Of a stretch of DNA of 64,000 nucleotides, positions 13,740 to 25,574 are shown in pieces. The DNA comes from Tubiluchus corallicola (Eukaryota; Animalia; Priapulida): contig JAQGDQ010000060.1 of NCBI GenBank assembly GCA_030141605.1, positions 372,001 to 436,000 of the forward strand. Reading direction: 5' to 3'. A program made the position numbers and the translations under genes. Numbering within the stretch: position 1 is the stretch's first letter; every line of letters starts with the position of its first letter. Under the pieces are notes generated by a model. That model made no database searches. It was not told the origin of the DNA and saw nothing but the letters and a program-made list of their open reading frames with translations.

Positions 13740-14198
13740 AGTCATGTGTGTGAGCGTCCAGCTGTTTGCAGTCAGCTAATACATTGCAAGTAAACTGCGA
13801 TGCAGTTTAGCCCCAAAGCTTTCACTGCACTGTAGCTTTTACCATAACTTCAACCACTCGAGTTACACACCAACGCACTTCATATTTTCCCAGCACACAA
13901 AGCCGGGTATTATACTTTCAATACAGCTGCTAACCATACTTGCTTGACTCGAAAAAATCGTGGAGATGGAAACGTGGAGTCGAGGAAAAGTGAAAATGTT
14001 TCGTAATCGAAGAACTATAGCATTACGGGTATTCACAAGAATCAACCCCTTCCAATGCGGTGAAAAGTTCTTTTTGACGAGTGTCGAAACACTAGACCCA
14101 TCCGGAATGTGTCCTTGCCATGTTCGACTGAATGTCATTAGGATGACTCTTCACAGTTTATGTCTGCAGCCTTTACTAAACAAAAGTTTCCATGTAAA

Positions 14199-14595
14199 CA
14201 GGGCTGAATTACCCTATAGGCTATAATAGGCTACAGCCTAGGGCCCACAGTCCCACACTTTTGATTGCTGAATAATTCATATGACTTCAAAATAAAATTT
14301 CAATTTTAAAAAAGAGGACAGGAAGTCTGAAAATCAAATTTTAAACTGACTCCTCATTTGAGGCCTTTTATTTGAGACAAAAAGCCCATTTTTGAAGCCC
14401 TTTATTTGAGATACGCGTCGCTCTTTGAAGCCCTTTATTTGAAATATGGGGCCCCCAGCTAGGCAAATGTTGCTAAAATATATCAGAAGTAAAGATATTC
14501 GAGACGAGGGCGAGCAAATTAAAGGGTGGCTCCATATATTGGGGCCCCATAATTCTACTAGCCTAGGGACACCAAAAGGTCATAATTTGGTCCTG
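14199..14595 (+). mobile_element. hAT-like MITE (CAGGGCCGGATT-type TIR), copy 1
   Basis: Starts CAGGGCTGAATTA, ends TAATTTGGTCCTG; GCCTAGGG subterminal motifs; degenerate 8-bp flanks CATGTAAA/CAAGCAAT; ends shared with 19370-19747 and 48199-48557. Confidence 0.7.
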
Positions 14596-14826
14596 CAAGC
14601 AATACTTTCTAACGATTAGAAAACTCCCAGAATGGTGTATCTAGAAGTACCATCCACTGATGCTCGTTTACCATGTAATGTCAAGATGACCTTTGATGTG
14701 ACACGCAACCATTTATCTCAAGCATTTTGGATGAAGTGCTGCAACTTACATGCCCCACCCTTCTTTGCACATTCTTTACCAAATGTTCAACTTGTTTTGT
14801 TGAGTTTTCATATTGCATAATACAAG

Positions 14827-15007
14827 GAATCCAGGTAAATGTAAAAGAGGTCACAGGTAAAAGAGCCACAGGTGAAAAAGTCAAAGAAAAAAGAGGCAGG
14901 AAAAGTTACAGTAAAAAGGCACGGGAAAAAAGAAATAACCCTAACTTTAAATCTAACCCGTAACCCGTAATTATAATCTTAGCCAAAACTGTGACTTTAC
15001 TTACTGG
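14827..15007 (+). mobile_element. short copy of CCCTAA-containing fold-back MITE
   Basis: Same 5' end (GAATCCAGGTA), AAAAGTCACAGG-type repeats, AATAACCCTAAC core and TTAGCCAAAA..TGTGACTTT as 22458-23384. Confidence 0.7.
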
Positions 15008-15599
15008 TCACAATGCAAGACGTATTTTCTCCAGCAAATGTCACATTTTAAACCCAACGCTCATCCTAAGTCCACCCCCCAAAGGCTATGACAGTATGAA
15101 TGGCTTAGATTTGTTAAAGACAATTCAAAACAATATAATTAGATTAGCAAATGACTCTTGATCAAAACTGTCCAGAAATATGACTTTGATGGTATATCTT
15201 GCACGCTAGTAGGAACATGGCTGACACACTGGACCGTCACAATATTCAGATTAAAAAATCGGCTCTATGATGTAGGTACAGATGAAAAGGAATAGTCTGC
15301 GTATGTGTACTGCACAGTTGTGACTTCCTGTGACTGCATCAAACCACCTAACAGATGGCACAAATCTGCTGTTCCAAAGACAAGGAACCGAAATGTTTAC
15401 TTGCATCTTCCTATTAACATTCAGGCCCTAATAGAATGGGACATGCCAGTAATTAGAGGCAGAGAGATGATTTAATAAGAGACCATGTCCCAGGAGATTG
15501 GACGCTCAAGCTGTATAACATTTACAGTAATTCCACAGGACGAGCGCGGATGACCTTTACTAACGTGATTAGCTCTGAACTCCTAGAAATAATGAGAAG

Positions 15600-15910
15600 C
15601 TGGAAAGTTGGATAGAGAGCAAAAATTGATAAGAAAGGATTGGGGAGATTCATTTAGAGCAGTAGAAGCCGGTAGTAAAGGGAAAAATGAGTAGAAGCAG
15701 CTGGAAAAGCATAGAAATGTGGATGTTGGCCTTGAGGGGTCAAAGGACAATAAAAGGGCAAATGAGACAGCGAGAGAAAATGAACAATGACAAAGAGAAT
15801 GAAATGGACAGAGGGTAGGAAAGGGAGACAAAGAAGCGAGAGTGTGGAGAGAAAGACAGAGAGGGAGAAAAGGGAGGAGACAGTGAGAACAGGGAGAGAA
15901 AGAGAGAGGA
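15600..15910. repeat. GA-rich low-complexity tract
   Basis: Purine-rich decayed microsatellite; explains the Leu/Ser/Phe-rich minus-strand ORFs. Confidence 0.7.
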
Positions 15911-16949
15911 TTATCGACGTATTTAATGGTGGAACCATTCAAAACACTTACTGCTGAAGATACCTTATTCTTTTGTGCAATTTTTTATAGCAATTACTTA
16001 GTGTTTGTGTTTGTTTGCCAGTATAACTTTTTTAGGAATGTGAAAAACATTGTGAGGAAAATTTGTTTACGCTTTTTCAAACAGCTTTTTCATACATTTT
16101 TGAAAATTCTAGCTCGTTTCGAAAAGAGTTGGAACAGAATATTGAAAAAAAACTGCATTTTTTGAAAAAAGTGGAAACACGACTGAAAAATTATTTAAAG
16201 ATTCCCATATGACTCAAAGCATACAAAAAACTATAACATTTTGATCTTGTTTCTTCAGGGACAAATTCCAGAGACATTTCTGACATTTCCAAGAATTTTC
16301 CCGGAAAAACTATCAAATCCTCTTAAAAATGACCGAAAACTGAAACCTCCGCAATCATAACTGAGACACGAATGGCAGCTTCAAACGTGAGCTTAATTAA
16401 CATCGAACGACATTGCATGGTACAACATTTCATCAATTAATGCCATGCATAATTAAAAACCCGGTATGAATTTTCTATGAAAACAAAAACAACTCATTAT
16501 CATTTTATGTCGTCGAACACGAAAACACGTTGTATTAGCAAACAGACGCTCGTGTTTTCATTAGAAAATCATTGTAGCTACACGGTTCAATTAACCACGG
16601 CCATTCAGGACTTTAAACACTTCAATTGGCGAGCAATATTGTAATGAAGACGCCTAGGATAAATAATTAAAAACGCGCTGGCTTGCATAAAGCCATGCAG
16701 ACAAATTAGGAAAGTGCTGCCACAAGAGGCGCTGTTAATTTACGTTTTAATTTAGCTGAAATGTTTGCGGTTGTACTGCTTAATGATGACATGTTTTAAT
16801 TAGTCGTTGGCGTCCGCTAGAGTTTTGTTAAGAATTATAAAGCAGAAATCAATTTACCATCTCTGGGGTAAACGAAATTCAGTGTAAAAATAATTTTTAT
16901 TTTGTAAACTTAATATGTGATTATTTTCCAGTCTTATATATCACATCAA

Positions 16950-17045
16950 TATCACATCACATCACATCACATCACACCACATCACATCACACACTTCACT
17001 CCACACCACACCACACCACACCACACCACACCAGACCATACCATA
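16950..17045. repeat. (ATCAC)n/(ACCAC)n pentanucleotide microsatellite
   Basis: Direct inspection. Confidence 0.9.
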
Positions 17046-18198
17046 TATCTTTTCGTGTCGTGTTTAAACTAAACACAATGCACATAATATGTTTACATAC
17101 ACATCTCTGTACAAGTTTATAAATTGTAGCTTAAACATACTTTACAAGTGATGTTGTATATGTTGTATGCCTAAATTTTCATGTGCAAACGTATCATGTT
17201 TCCAAACATAATGTGTTTATAGTTTATTATTAAAGTACAAGCAAAACTGGGCTCGGTTTAACAGATGTTTTTTTAAGATTGTTACCACAGTTGGTCTTCA
17301 GTTGAACCGGTCCCCGTTTTAGAACCTGAATTACAAAAATGTTTTAATAAGCTGCATACTAGTCGCGCTGCATGTATGTCTGTCTGCCTGCCTAACCCTA
17401 GGAATGTTTTGTCTCGTGTAGAAATGTTGCATGTTTCTAGCAGGCTTACATGTTTATACAAGGCTCAAGGGGATGTTTACATGGCTCCATATTTGCTCCC
17501 CCGCTTCTGCCGACTTCAAATTGACAGCAAGTGAATAAACACGAGAAAAATTTCTCTGGAGCGAAAGAGATCAGTTTCAAGGCAGATGTTTTTATGCGGA
17601 GTTATGAAATCTTGCATACTGTGTTATGAAAAATGGTGCTCACTCGCGGCCACGCCAATCATAATAAAGTTCAGTATAAGGTCACGCTTAGGGTCAAGGT
17701 CAAAGGTAAATGCCGTTAACAATGATTTATAACAAACATATGTTATAAGTAAGTGAACGGTAGTTTAGTAGGGTTCGCATTAATCACAGAATATGAGGTC
17801 ATGTGGGGGTCACAGAGCAAATAAATTAAAAAAATATGAACTGCTTGACTGTAGTTACACGATTACAAAAACAAGAAAATTATGTACATATACTCTGGCA
17901 CAGCAGCTAATTTAGAACTTCTGCAAAATCTTTATGCTTTTACCACATGCTGCAGAACACAATGACATACTGGAATGACCAAACAAGAAGCCACGACGTT
18001 TGAGTTGTTATCAGCAGTAAGAGTGGAAATGGGGAGGCGCTTGCAAGGCGTATGTCACAGTAATCGTGTATGTGGTTAAGCATGACTCAAGAGAAGCGGT
18101 CGGTAATGTCAGCCATGATGAAGAACACGCCAGCGCCTGTCAGCGAGCGTGTTTTGTTAGATAGAAACGTGCGAGAAACGAGTGCGTGATGTGATTGC

Positions 18199-18272
18199 AG
18201 AGAGAGAGAGTAGGAGGGAAAAAAAAAAAAAAAAAAAAAAAAAGAGAAGAGAGAGAGAGTAGGAGGGAAGAA

Positions 18273-18351
<79 letters not shown>
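18199..18351. repeat. poly(A) plus (AG)n microsatellite
   Basis: Direct inspection. Confidence 0.97.
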
Positions 18352-18353
<2 letters not shown>

Positions 18354-19369
18354 CAAGATCAAGAGCATGAGAAAGCAAGAGCAACATATGGAAGAATGCA
18401 AAGAAAACAATCTGAAATGATCAATCAAAAAAAGGAAACAGTTTTTCAGGAAAAATACAACTCACAAAACGACGGAGAAACGGGCGCTCCCAAAGGGATC
18501 AGTAAATATCTGCTATCTACTAATTGCGAAAATACAATTTATTTTAGCAAACGATTGTCTGTCTGCCTGTTCTTCAGTAATGAAATATTAATGCTCCAGT
18601 CATTACACAGCATTTCAAATGGCGCCTACAGACGCCACAGGCGCAGTCATTTGATTTTCGATTCTGAAATCGTTTGTTAATAGTCTGCCAACCGCACGCT
18701 GACAAATTACACACTGCAAAACCTTAAAATGCATAATCGCGAGAAAAAAACAACGTCAAAATCTAGCCATGCATAAAGCATACTAATGAGGAAAAGTTAT
18801 GACGTATATAAATGAAGCCAATGGAACAACGCCAGCAAAGAACAAGTTACAAGTAAATGAATTCTAAGTGACGCTATGTATAATCTTGAAATCTCACTGT
18901 TTATTGCATCTGTTCTGCTTTGGGAAGAGTAAACTGCTTATAATTTTGTCAATCAGGAAGCAAATGATGAGAATATAACAAAAAGTTGGAAACAATAGCC
19001 AAAAACTTTTTTAATTTACAAAACTTTAAAAAAATGCACGTCTCTCTGAGTACTACTTATATAAAAAACTTTGAAAAAATGTACGTCTTTGTGAATACTA
19101 CTTGTAAGCGTGTCGTATAGAAATCACAACTTTACAAATGCTATTCAAAAATGTAAACCCTTTCTACTAAGCAGAAACACCTAAATCGTTTTTCACATAT
19201 TAAGCTCACATATGGGTAAATGCTGAGCAAATACAGTGACACTAAGTTATTACTAACAGATGCCATAAAATAAAACAACATCAATAAAACAACTTACTAA
19301 CTAACTAACTTACTTACTAACATATGCTATCATATATAATGATACATACAAAAATATGCATACATATAT

Positions 19370-19747
19370 CGGCCCGGATTGTGACTTTTTAGAACCTAAG
19401 CTAGTGAAATTATGGGTCTCCTTCAGATGAAGCCATGCTCTAATTCGCCCACACCCGTCTTGCATATTTTTACTCGTTATATACTTTAGCAATACTTGCA
19501 AAGCTTGAAGTAATCTTATTGCAAATTCTTTAAAAAAATTGGGATATTCATCTTTTGTCGGTGAAAAATATTCTTTAAGAAATACCCCTATTATATTATT
19601 TATTGCAAACCAAATTAACACGTATTTTCAACACAACCATAGTGAAAAGAACAGATTTTTTCCCAAATTTTACCAAAGCTTGATGACCTGAAGTTTAAGC
19701 GGCCCTAGGCGGCAACCCAAGCTAATCTATAGGACGAGCTGGCCCTC
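19370..19747 (-). mobile_element. hAT-like MITE, copy 2 (inverted)
   Basis: CGGCCCGGATTGTGACTTTTTAGAACCTAAGCTAGTGAAATTATGGG matches the reverse complement of 14540-14595; the other end GAGCTGGCCCT matches the reverse complement of the 14199 end. Confidence 0.65.
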
Positions 19748-20085
19748 CATATCGTACATAAATGTGTGACAGCTGTTAATTTCTTATTTTATATTAAATG
19801 GCATTACTTATGACGCACATACTTGGAATGACAAACACACATCATAATGAAATGTATCCCAAGATTAATTAGTCACGTTCTTGTAAGAATCTCATTAACT
19901 CGCGGAATGTCTTGTAATCAAACCATATGTTTGAGCTTTTTGGAAATACGGATCAAATAAACAGCATTGCAAACACGCCAAACATAATCACATTGAAAGT
20001 ACAAAATGTACTAGAAAGGCCAAATGTGGAGTTTTTTACACGTGCATACTATTATAATGTAATATAATATAATGATTGTACTAAC

Positions 20086-20133
20086 CTGTCTGTTACCGCC
20101 ACAGGGCATAGTCGATCAGTCAGCTGCCTTCAT
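20086..20133 (-). other. candidate 48-nt exon (non-coding or start-codon-bearing)
   Basis: Acceptor TTCTTTTTGTGATTTTCAG| and donor CAG|GTTAGT; stops in all three frames at its 5' part, internal ATG gives MPCGGNRQ in phase 0. Confidence 0.35.
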
Positions 20134-21555
20134 CTGAAAATCACAAAAAGAATTTTCAGGAAATCGTCACTAAAACTACCATACCACAAACAATTGTGTG
20201 ACACACCTGGTATAAATTCTTTACACAACAATAGCGGGTTGTGAAAAACTAGCAAAACGCCTCGCCTCTCCCCAACGCAGCGCCTAGCTGAAGTGGCATC
20301 TGTAAAACTGAAGGCACTCCACTGGCTTCCTGCGTCCCACTGCAAAGCACTTATGGTGTATGGAAAACGCGAAACGGAACGAAAGCGCCGATCAGCGCTG
20401 CAGTGAAGAGAAAAAGAAGCTAACGAACCAGATGTTACTTAGGCGTATAGAAGCTTGGTTTTTTAGTCTTGAAGTAGAAATTTACTGTTATGAATTATTC
20501 AATTTTGGTAACTTTAAGAAAGTATTTTTATTAGGGATTCTTCTGCAAACAAAACAGACTCTTATCCTTTTTGTTTTGCATAACGACAAAGAATAGGTCA
20601 ATTTTAAGAGTTGAAAAATATGAAAGTACCTATTACTATGGAGCGACTAAGTAAAAGCATCTATTTACGTCCTTTGAAATTCCCAAATTTATTGACATGG
20701 AAGAAAATAAAATGGTGGCAGAAAATACGAAAAGTGTCTCTGAACGACGATTGCACAAGGAAGCAGGTCTGCGAAAGAAAATTAAAACGTTTTCTCAATA
20801 AGCGCACGCACAACTAATCATGCACAGTGCTAATGCCTGATGAAAATTTACGAAGCCACGTACTTTGGGAATCTCTGCGCATGCGCCGTTGGCGAGCAAA
20901 TACGCTAAACAAAGTTAGCTGGCAGTAAAACTGTTTGCAATTGAAATGCCTTCTCAATTACATCGCATCGTTAGGACTCTTCTAAATGAGTTCAACAGCA
21001 TCACCCAGTTGTCACGGTTACAGCAAACACAGACTGGCTAGTTGTCATGGTTACGGTAAACACACGTAATGTGTGCTCAGCGGTTACTAAGTCAGTGCAA
21101 TTCATCTAATGAAACTATTACCTACTGACGCCTAAGCGTTGAACCAACACTCCACCTTTCAACTAAATTACAAGTCATAAAATAAAGGGAAAATCAATTT
21201 ATGAATCAGAAGTGAATTTTCCATCTTCATTTCAAAATCAGTTGCCATGATCAGCACGGGCTCAAGTTCAACACATTGCTTGGCCGATCTTCCTATATTA
21301 ATGGTAAATGCGCCAAGCGTAGGAATTCTTCGGGCACTTCTTTTAGGAATGAACGTCATATTCCTCTGAATCAAGCAATTGCACTAATAATAATGGCAAT
21401 GGAATATGGCCACGTTTACACTACGTCTGTGGAGTTGAGAAGCAATGATGACAATTTGGGTGGTTTATTAAGTACTGTTAGTACGGCTCATTCAACTGCC
21501 ATTCCGTTTTAACAATAAAAATATACACAAGAAATTGCAGGATCAACATAGCTTA

Positions 21556-21810
21556 ACCAGACGGTTTAGTCTAGTGGTAATGCGTCTGCTTTCCGTCTGG
21601 GAGGTCGTGAGTTCGAACCAGCGGCCGGGTCATACCAAAGACTTTAAAAATGCTACCTGCTGTTGCCCTGCCTGACGCGTGGTATTTAGGGTACAAGTGG
21701 GGTAATCATAGTCTCTGTGATGTAGTTGTAGGTTTTTATTTACAGTCGGCAATAATAGCTCTTTGAGCTAATGTTAATTGTTGACCCAAAAGCCGACTTT
21801 AAATTATTAT
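21556..21810 (+). mobile_element. tRNA-derived SINE with Meta-domain-like core (MetaSINE-like)
   Basis: A box TAGTCTAGTGG 21567-21577, B box GAGTTCGAACC 21609-21619, then GGGTCATACCAAAGACTTTAAAAATGCTACCTGCTGTTGCCCTGCCTGACGC resembling the MetaSINE central domain as I recall it; ends in (TTA)n. Confidence 0.8.
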
Positions 21811-22457
21811 AACGTCACATACAAAAATGCTAGAATGTATTAGTTTCCTATCATAGGTACTACATTTGAGGTCTCGAATTTTCCCTGAATTACATACACA
21901 TAACCACAACCAGGCTAATTCTATATCTAACCACCTACATAATTAAACCGAGTGAACAGACGACACGCTAAAATTTTACTGCAATAAATAACATTTTTAC
22001 ACATTTAAGTTACCAAAAGGATTTTCTTAGACAAAGGAAAGATATTTACCAAACGCAGCAGCATATTGTAAATTGTTAAACACACATGAACTGGGTGAAA
22101 AGTTACAGATACAATATACAACTTTAAACAGCAAGACAATATTGGCAATTGAAACGTGTGGCTAGTTGCTCTTTACCATGTCACATGTTGTTTCAGCTTA
22201 ACTGTTTGGATTCCGTACTTGATGTAAAAATAATATCAGATCCAAGGTTACTGATTTCACCTGTAAATCTGCACATTTGTTGACTCATAAATGAATTTAA
22301 GGAAAATTTCGAAACGTCTAGTGCAACTCCGGTGGAAGGAGATTAAATCAATACGTTCTAGAATTTCCTTCATAATATTAATGGTTCTACAATTTCTTAT
22401 TCAACTTACATTTACACCTAGCAAAAAATTTAGCAACAACAGTACTGCTAGTCGTCA

Positions 22458-23384
22458 CGAATCCAGGTAGAAAGTTCACAGGTAAAAAAGTTACACAAAA
22501 AGTCACAGGATAAAAAGTCACGCGAAGAAAATCACAAGAAAAGTCACACGAAAAAAGTCTCAGCAAAAAGGATGACACAGCAAAAAGGGCACAGGAAAAA
22601 GGCACAGAAATAACCCTAACCCTAACACCGAACTTTAGCCAAAATAAGTTGTAACTTTTTCCTGTGAGTGCTTTCCTAGTCAAAATTGTGACTTTTTCCG
22701 TGAGTGCTTTCCTAGTCAAAATTGTGACTTTTTCCTGTGAGTGTTTTCCTAGTCAAAATTGTGACTTTTTCCTGTGAGTGTTTTCCTAGTCAAAATTGTG
22801 ACTTTTTCCTGTGAGTGTTTTCCTAGTCAAAATTGTGACTTTTTCCTGTGAGTGTTTTCCTAGTCAAAATTGTGACTTTTTCCTGTGAGTGTTTTCTAGT
22901 CAAAATTGTGACTTTTTCCTGTGAGTGTTTTCCTAGTCAAAATTGTGACTTTTTCCTGTGAGTGTTTTCCTAGTCAAAATTGTGACTTTTTCCTGTGAGT
23001 GTTTTCCTAGTCAAAATTGTGACTTTTTCCTGTGAGCGTTTTCTTAGTCAAAATTGTGACTTTTTCCTGTGAGTCTTTTCCTAGTCAAAATTGTGACTTT
23101 TTCCTGTGAGTGTTTTCTAGTCAAAATTGTGACTTTTTCCTGTGAGTGTTTTCCTAGTCAAAATTGTGACTTTTTCCTGTGAGTCTTTTCCTAGTCAAAA
23201 TTGTGACTTTTTCCAGTGAGTGTTTTCCTAGTCAAAATTGTGACTTTTTCCTGTGAGTGTTTTCCTAGTCAAAATTGTGACTTTTCCTGCGAGTCTTTTC
23301 CTAGTCAAAATTGTGACTTTTTCCTGTGAGTGTTTTCCTAGTCAAAATTGTGACTTCCTGCCTGTGATTTTATTACCCACACCG
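22458..23384 (+). mobile_element. fold-back MITE with CCCTAA core and expanded internal array
   Basis: Left arm of AAAAAGTCACAGG repeats; TAACCCTAACCCTAAC core; right arm of CCTGTGACTTTTT-type repeats; imperfect TIR CGAATCCAGGTAGAAAGTTCACAGG vs CGGTGTGGGTAATAAAATCACAGG; flanks TCGTCA/TGGTCA. Confidence 0.75.
22649..23357. repeat. 37-bp minisatellite, about 19 copies
   Basis: Unit TTGTGACTTTTTCCTGTGAGTGTTTTCCTAGTCAAAA. Confidence 0.97.
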
Positions 23385-24776
23385 TGGTCACATTCTCTTC
23401 TATCTTCTATAATGTGAACGTCCTCTGATAGCAGTTTTGATGTGGGATTTTAGGATTATAAAAACACTTGTACATAAAGTAACTCCAACTTAATGCAAAA
23501 ATCTGTTCTTCAAATATAACACTATTATCTTTATTGCACCAATGACAATTACGAAAACAAAGAGGTTTTGGCTAATGAAAATACAGGAGGCAGCGAAATA
23601 TAGCATGACTAATTATCAGCATTAATTGCTGCATGAATTGCCTTGTCATAATAAAACGGATGTCCTCTGATGGTTTGCAAAGGTCAAGTAATGAGCAAAT
23701 GGTACAGTGTGAGTCCTCTGCTCGAATTTTGAATTAAAAGTAAGGGTGAGCATTCTCTACCAGAAAGCGAATTCGAATCGATTGTGACTTTGTGACTTTC
23801 GAATTCGAGCCGAACTGCACTTCAGAATTTCGAATTGGAATTGAGATTGAAAGATTTTGGAACAAGTTTTCGAACCGCCAGTAAAAATTAGTTCGCAAAG
23901 ATCATGCATATTACTCGATTTTGTTCTGCAGTAAAACCACTGATAATTTGTTTATAAAATCGTGCACAGAAATCAAAGCTAAAATATGTTAACTGCGCGA
24001 TGTTTCAATCGTTTTAATGATAAAGAACGTATGTGTTTGAAGTGGTAAAACATTCGAATCTATAGCTTTAGTAATAAAAGTGTGATAAGCGCGTTGTGCA
24101 ATTAGTAAAATCGCTTGGAAGTCGCGATCATTTCACGCTTATGCACTTCCATTTTGAACGTTCATTCTTCCACCAGTGACGTCGATCGAAGAAAAGCAGC
24201 GCACTGTAAATTTTCGTCACAATTATAAGTTTTCACAAAAAAATAGGTAACTAACTTTTGCGATGATATTTCTGCATGAACATTAGATAAGCTGCAGGTG
24301 TGTGAATTAGTTTAAGCAGCACGCGCTTACGGAAAGTCACGATGCGCTTATGAAACTCATGACGTCAGTTACGTCATAATTTCCAAGTAAATGGCGCCTT
24401 CCACCGCGCATGAAAACTTCTACAGCGGTAGTATAAATTAACTTTATACTTTATAGACAGTGTTTCTGCAAATATCTTTGCTATATTTTTCTAAGTTGAA
24501 GTGATAACAGTAAAATAAACCCAACACACTGAGTGACTTGTTCTTTCCTTTAAGCAGTACAGGTAAAAGTACAGTGGACGTAGGCACACCCATGACAATA
24601 AAACAACATTAATTGAGCCAGCATACAAGTGCTTGAGTGCTTTGGCACAAACAATAAACAAAACTGAATTACACAGATTTGGTGTTAAAGAATCGAGAAC
24701 TACATCGTTTCTTTTCTCAATAGTAACTGTTTCGTCAATTGAAATAGTTCCTTTTCCCATTGTAATAGTAAATACT

Positions 24777-24880
24777 ACTAATAATAATCTTTATTTAAAG
24801 TCGGCTTTTGGATGAACAATTAACATAAGTTCCAAAGAGCTTTTGGACTAACTGTAAATAACAGTCTACAACTACATAAC
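24777..24880 (-). mobile_element. 5'-truncated copy of the SINE 3' tail (or of its partner LINE end)
   Basis: Reverse complement aligns with 21717-21810 (ATGTAGTTGTAG..TATTTACAGT..AGCTCTTTG..ATGTTAATTGTT..CCAAAAGCCGACTTTAAAT), ending AATAAAG(ATT)n. Confidence 0.8.
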
Positions 24881-24893
24881 GTGTCATGTTATT

Positions 24894-24956
24894 ATTTTGG
24901 TACCATGGGTATTCGAATATACTAACGACAGATTCGAATGCCATTGGTACCAAAAT
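24894..24956. other. 63-nt imperfect hairpin
   Basis: ATTTTGGTACCA-TGGGT-ATTCGAAT, 13-nt loop, ATTCGAAT-GCCAT-TGGTACCAAAAT. Confidence 0.8.
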
Positions 24957-25054
24957 GACACCATTCATTCAGACCCATTTTTCACTCTCCCACGTCCCCA
25001 ATAGTATTCTATATCTGAATTACAGCTTAATACTATAATTCTATTCAATCATCT

Positions 25055-25478
25055 GTGTATAATGCCAATCTAAAGTTTCTTTTTATTATTATTTTGATAC
25101 TAAAGTTAAATTTTATTGTATCATAGACAATTTTGTTCTGTATTTCTATTGTGTCTCTGCAAAATTTATTTAAATTATTGTGTACTAACTGTGTATAGTA
25201 TTTTTGATTATTTTATATGATCTAATGTTGTATAAAAGTTCTGCTGGCGAGTACTTCTGTGTATTTTTTTAATATTACACGTACTTATAATTTTAATATT
25301 TTAACTTGCATTTTGTGGAATTATTACTATAATTTGTAGTTTTTTTCACCAGATGCATTTGCCATTAAGCAGTGTTGGTTTTTAATCCTTATCATAGAAT
25401 GAATGATGAATTTGCAATGATTTTATTGTTTTCATCTCTTTTATCTGGTAAATAAAGATTTATTAAATAAAGACTATA
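25055..25478 (+). mobile_element. LINE-like 3' UTR fragment, copy 2
   Basis: Near-identical to 6616-7036. Confidence 0.75.
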
Positions 25479-25516
25479 TACATGTATATGTAAAATTATT
25501 ATAAGGACTTAATATA

Positions 25517-25574
25517 TATATATTAAGTCTTTATTTGCCAGATAAAACAGATAAAAATGATAAAATCATTGCAA
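25517..25574 (-). mobile_element. inverted mini-copy of the same 3' end
   Basis: Reverse complement TTGCAATGATTTTATCATTTTTATCTGTTTTATCTGGCAAATAAAGACTTAA matches 25412-25460. Confidence 0.8.

Noticed and set aside
19310-19621. ORF with GRIRAWLHL, resembling the RUN-domain GRxRAWLxL motif
   Set aside because: Lies within a hAT-like MITE; no splice sites or further RUN similarity.
21556-21630. Functional tRNA gene (also 7210-7272 and the A-box-like start near 27511)
   Set aside because: A/B boxes are present, but there is no intact acceptor/anticodon cloverleaf or terminator and the sequence continues as a SINE body.
22610-22630. Interstitial telomeric repeat (CCCTAA; also near 14937 and 45233)
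   Set aside because: Only 2-3 degenerate units, all inside fold-back MITEs.
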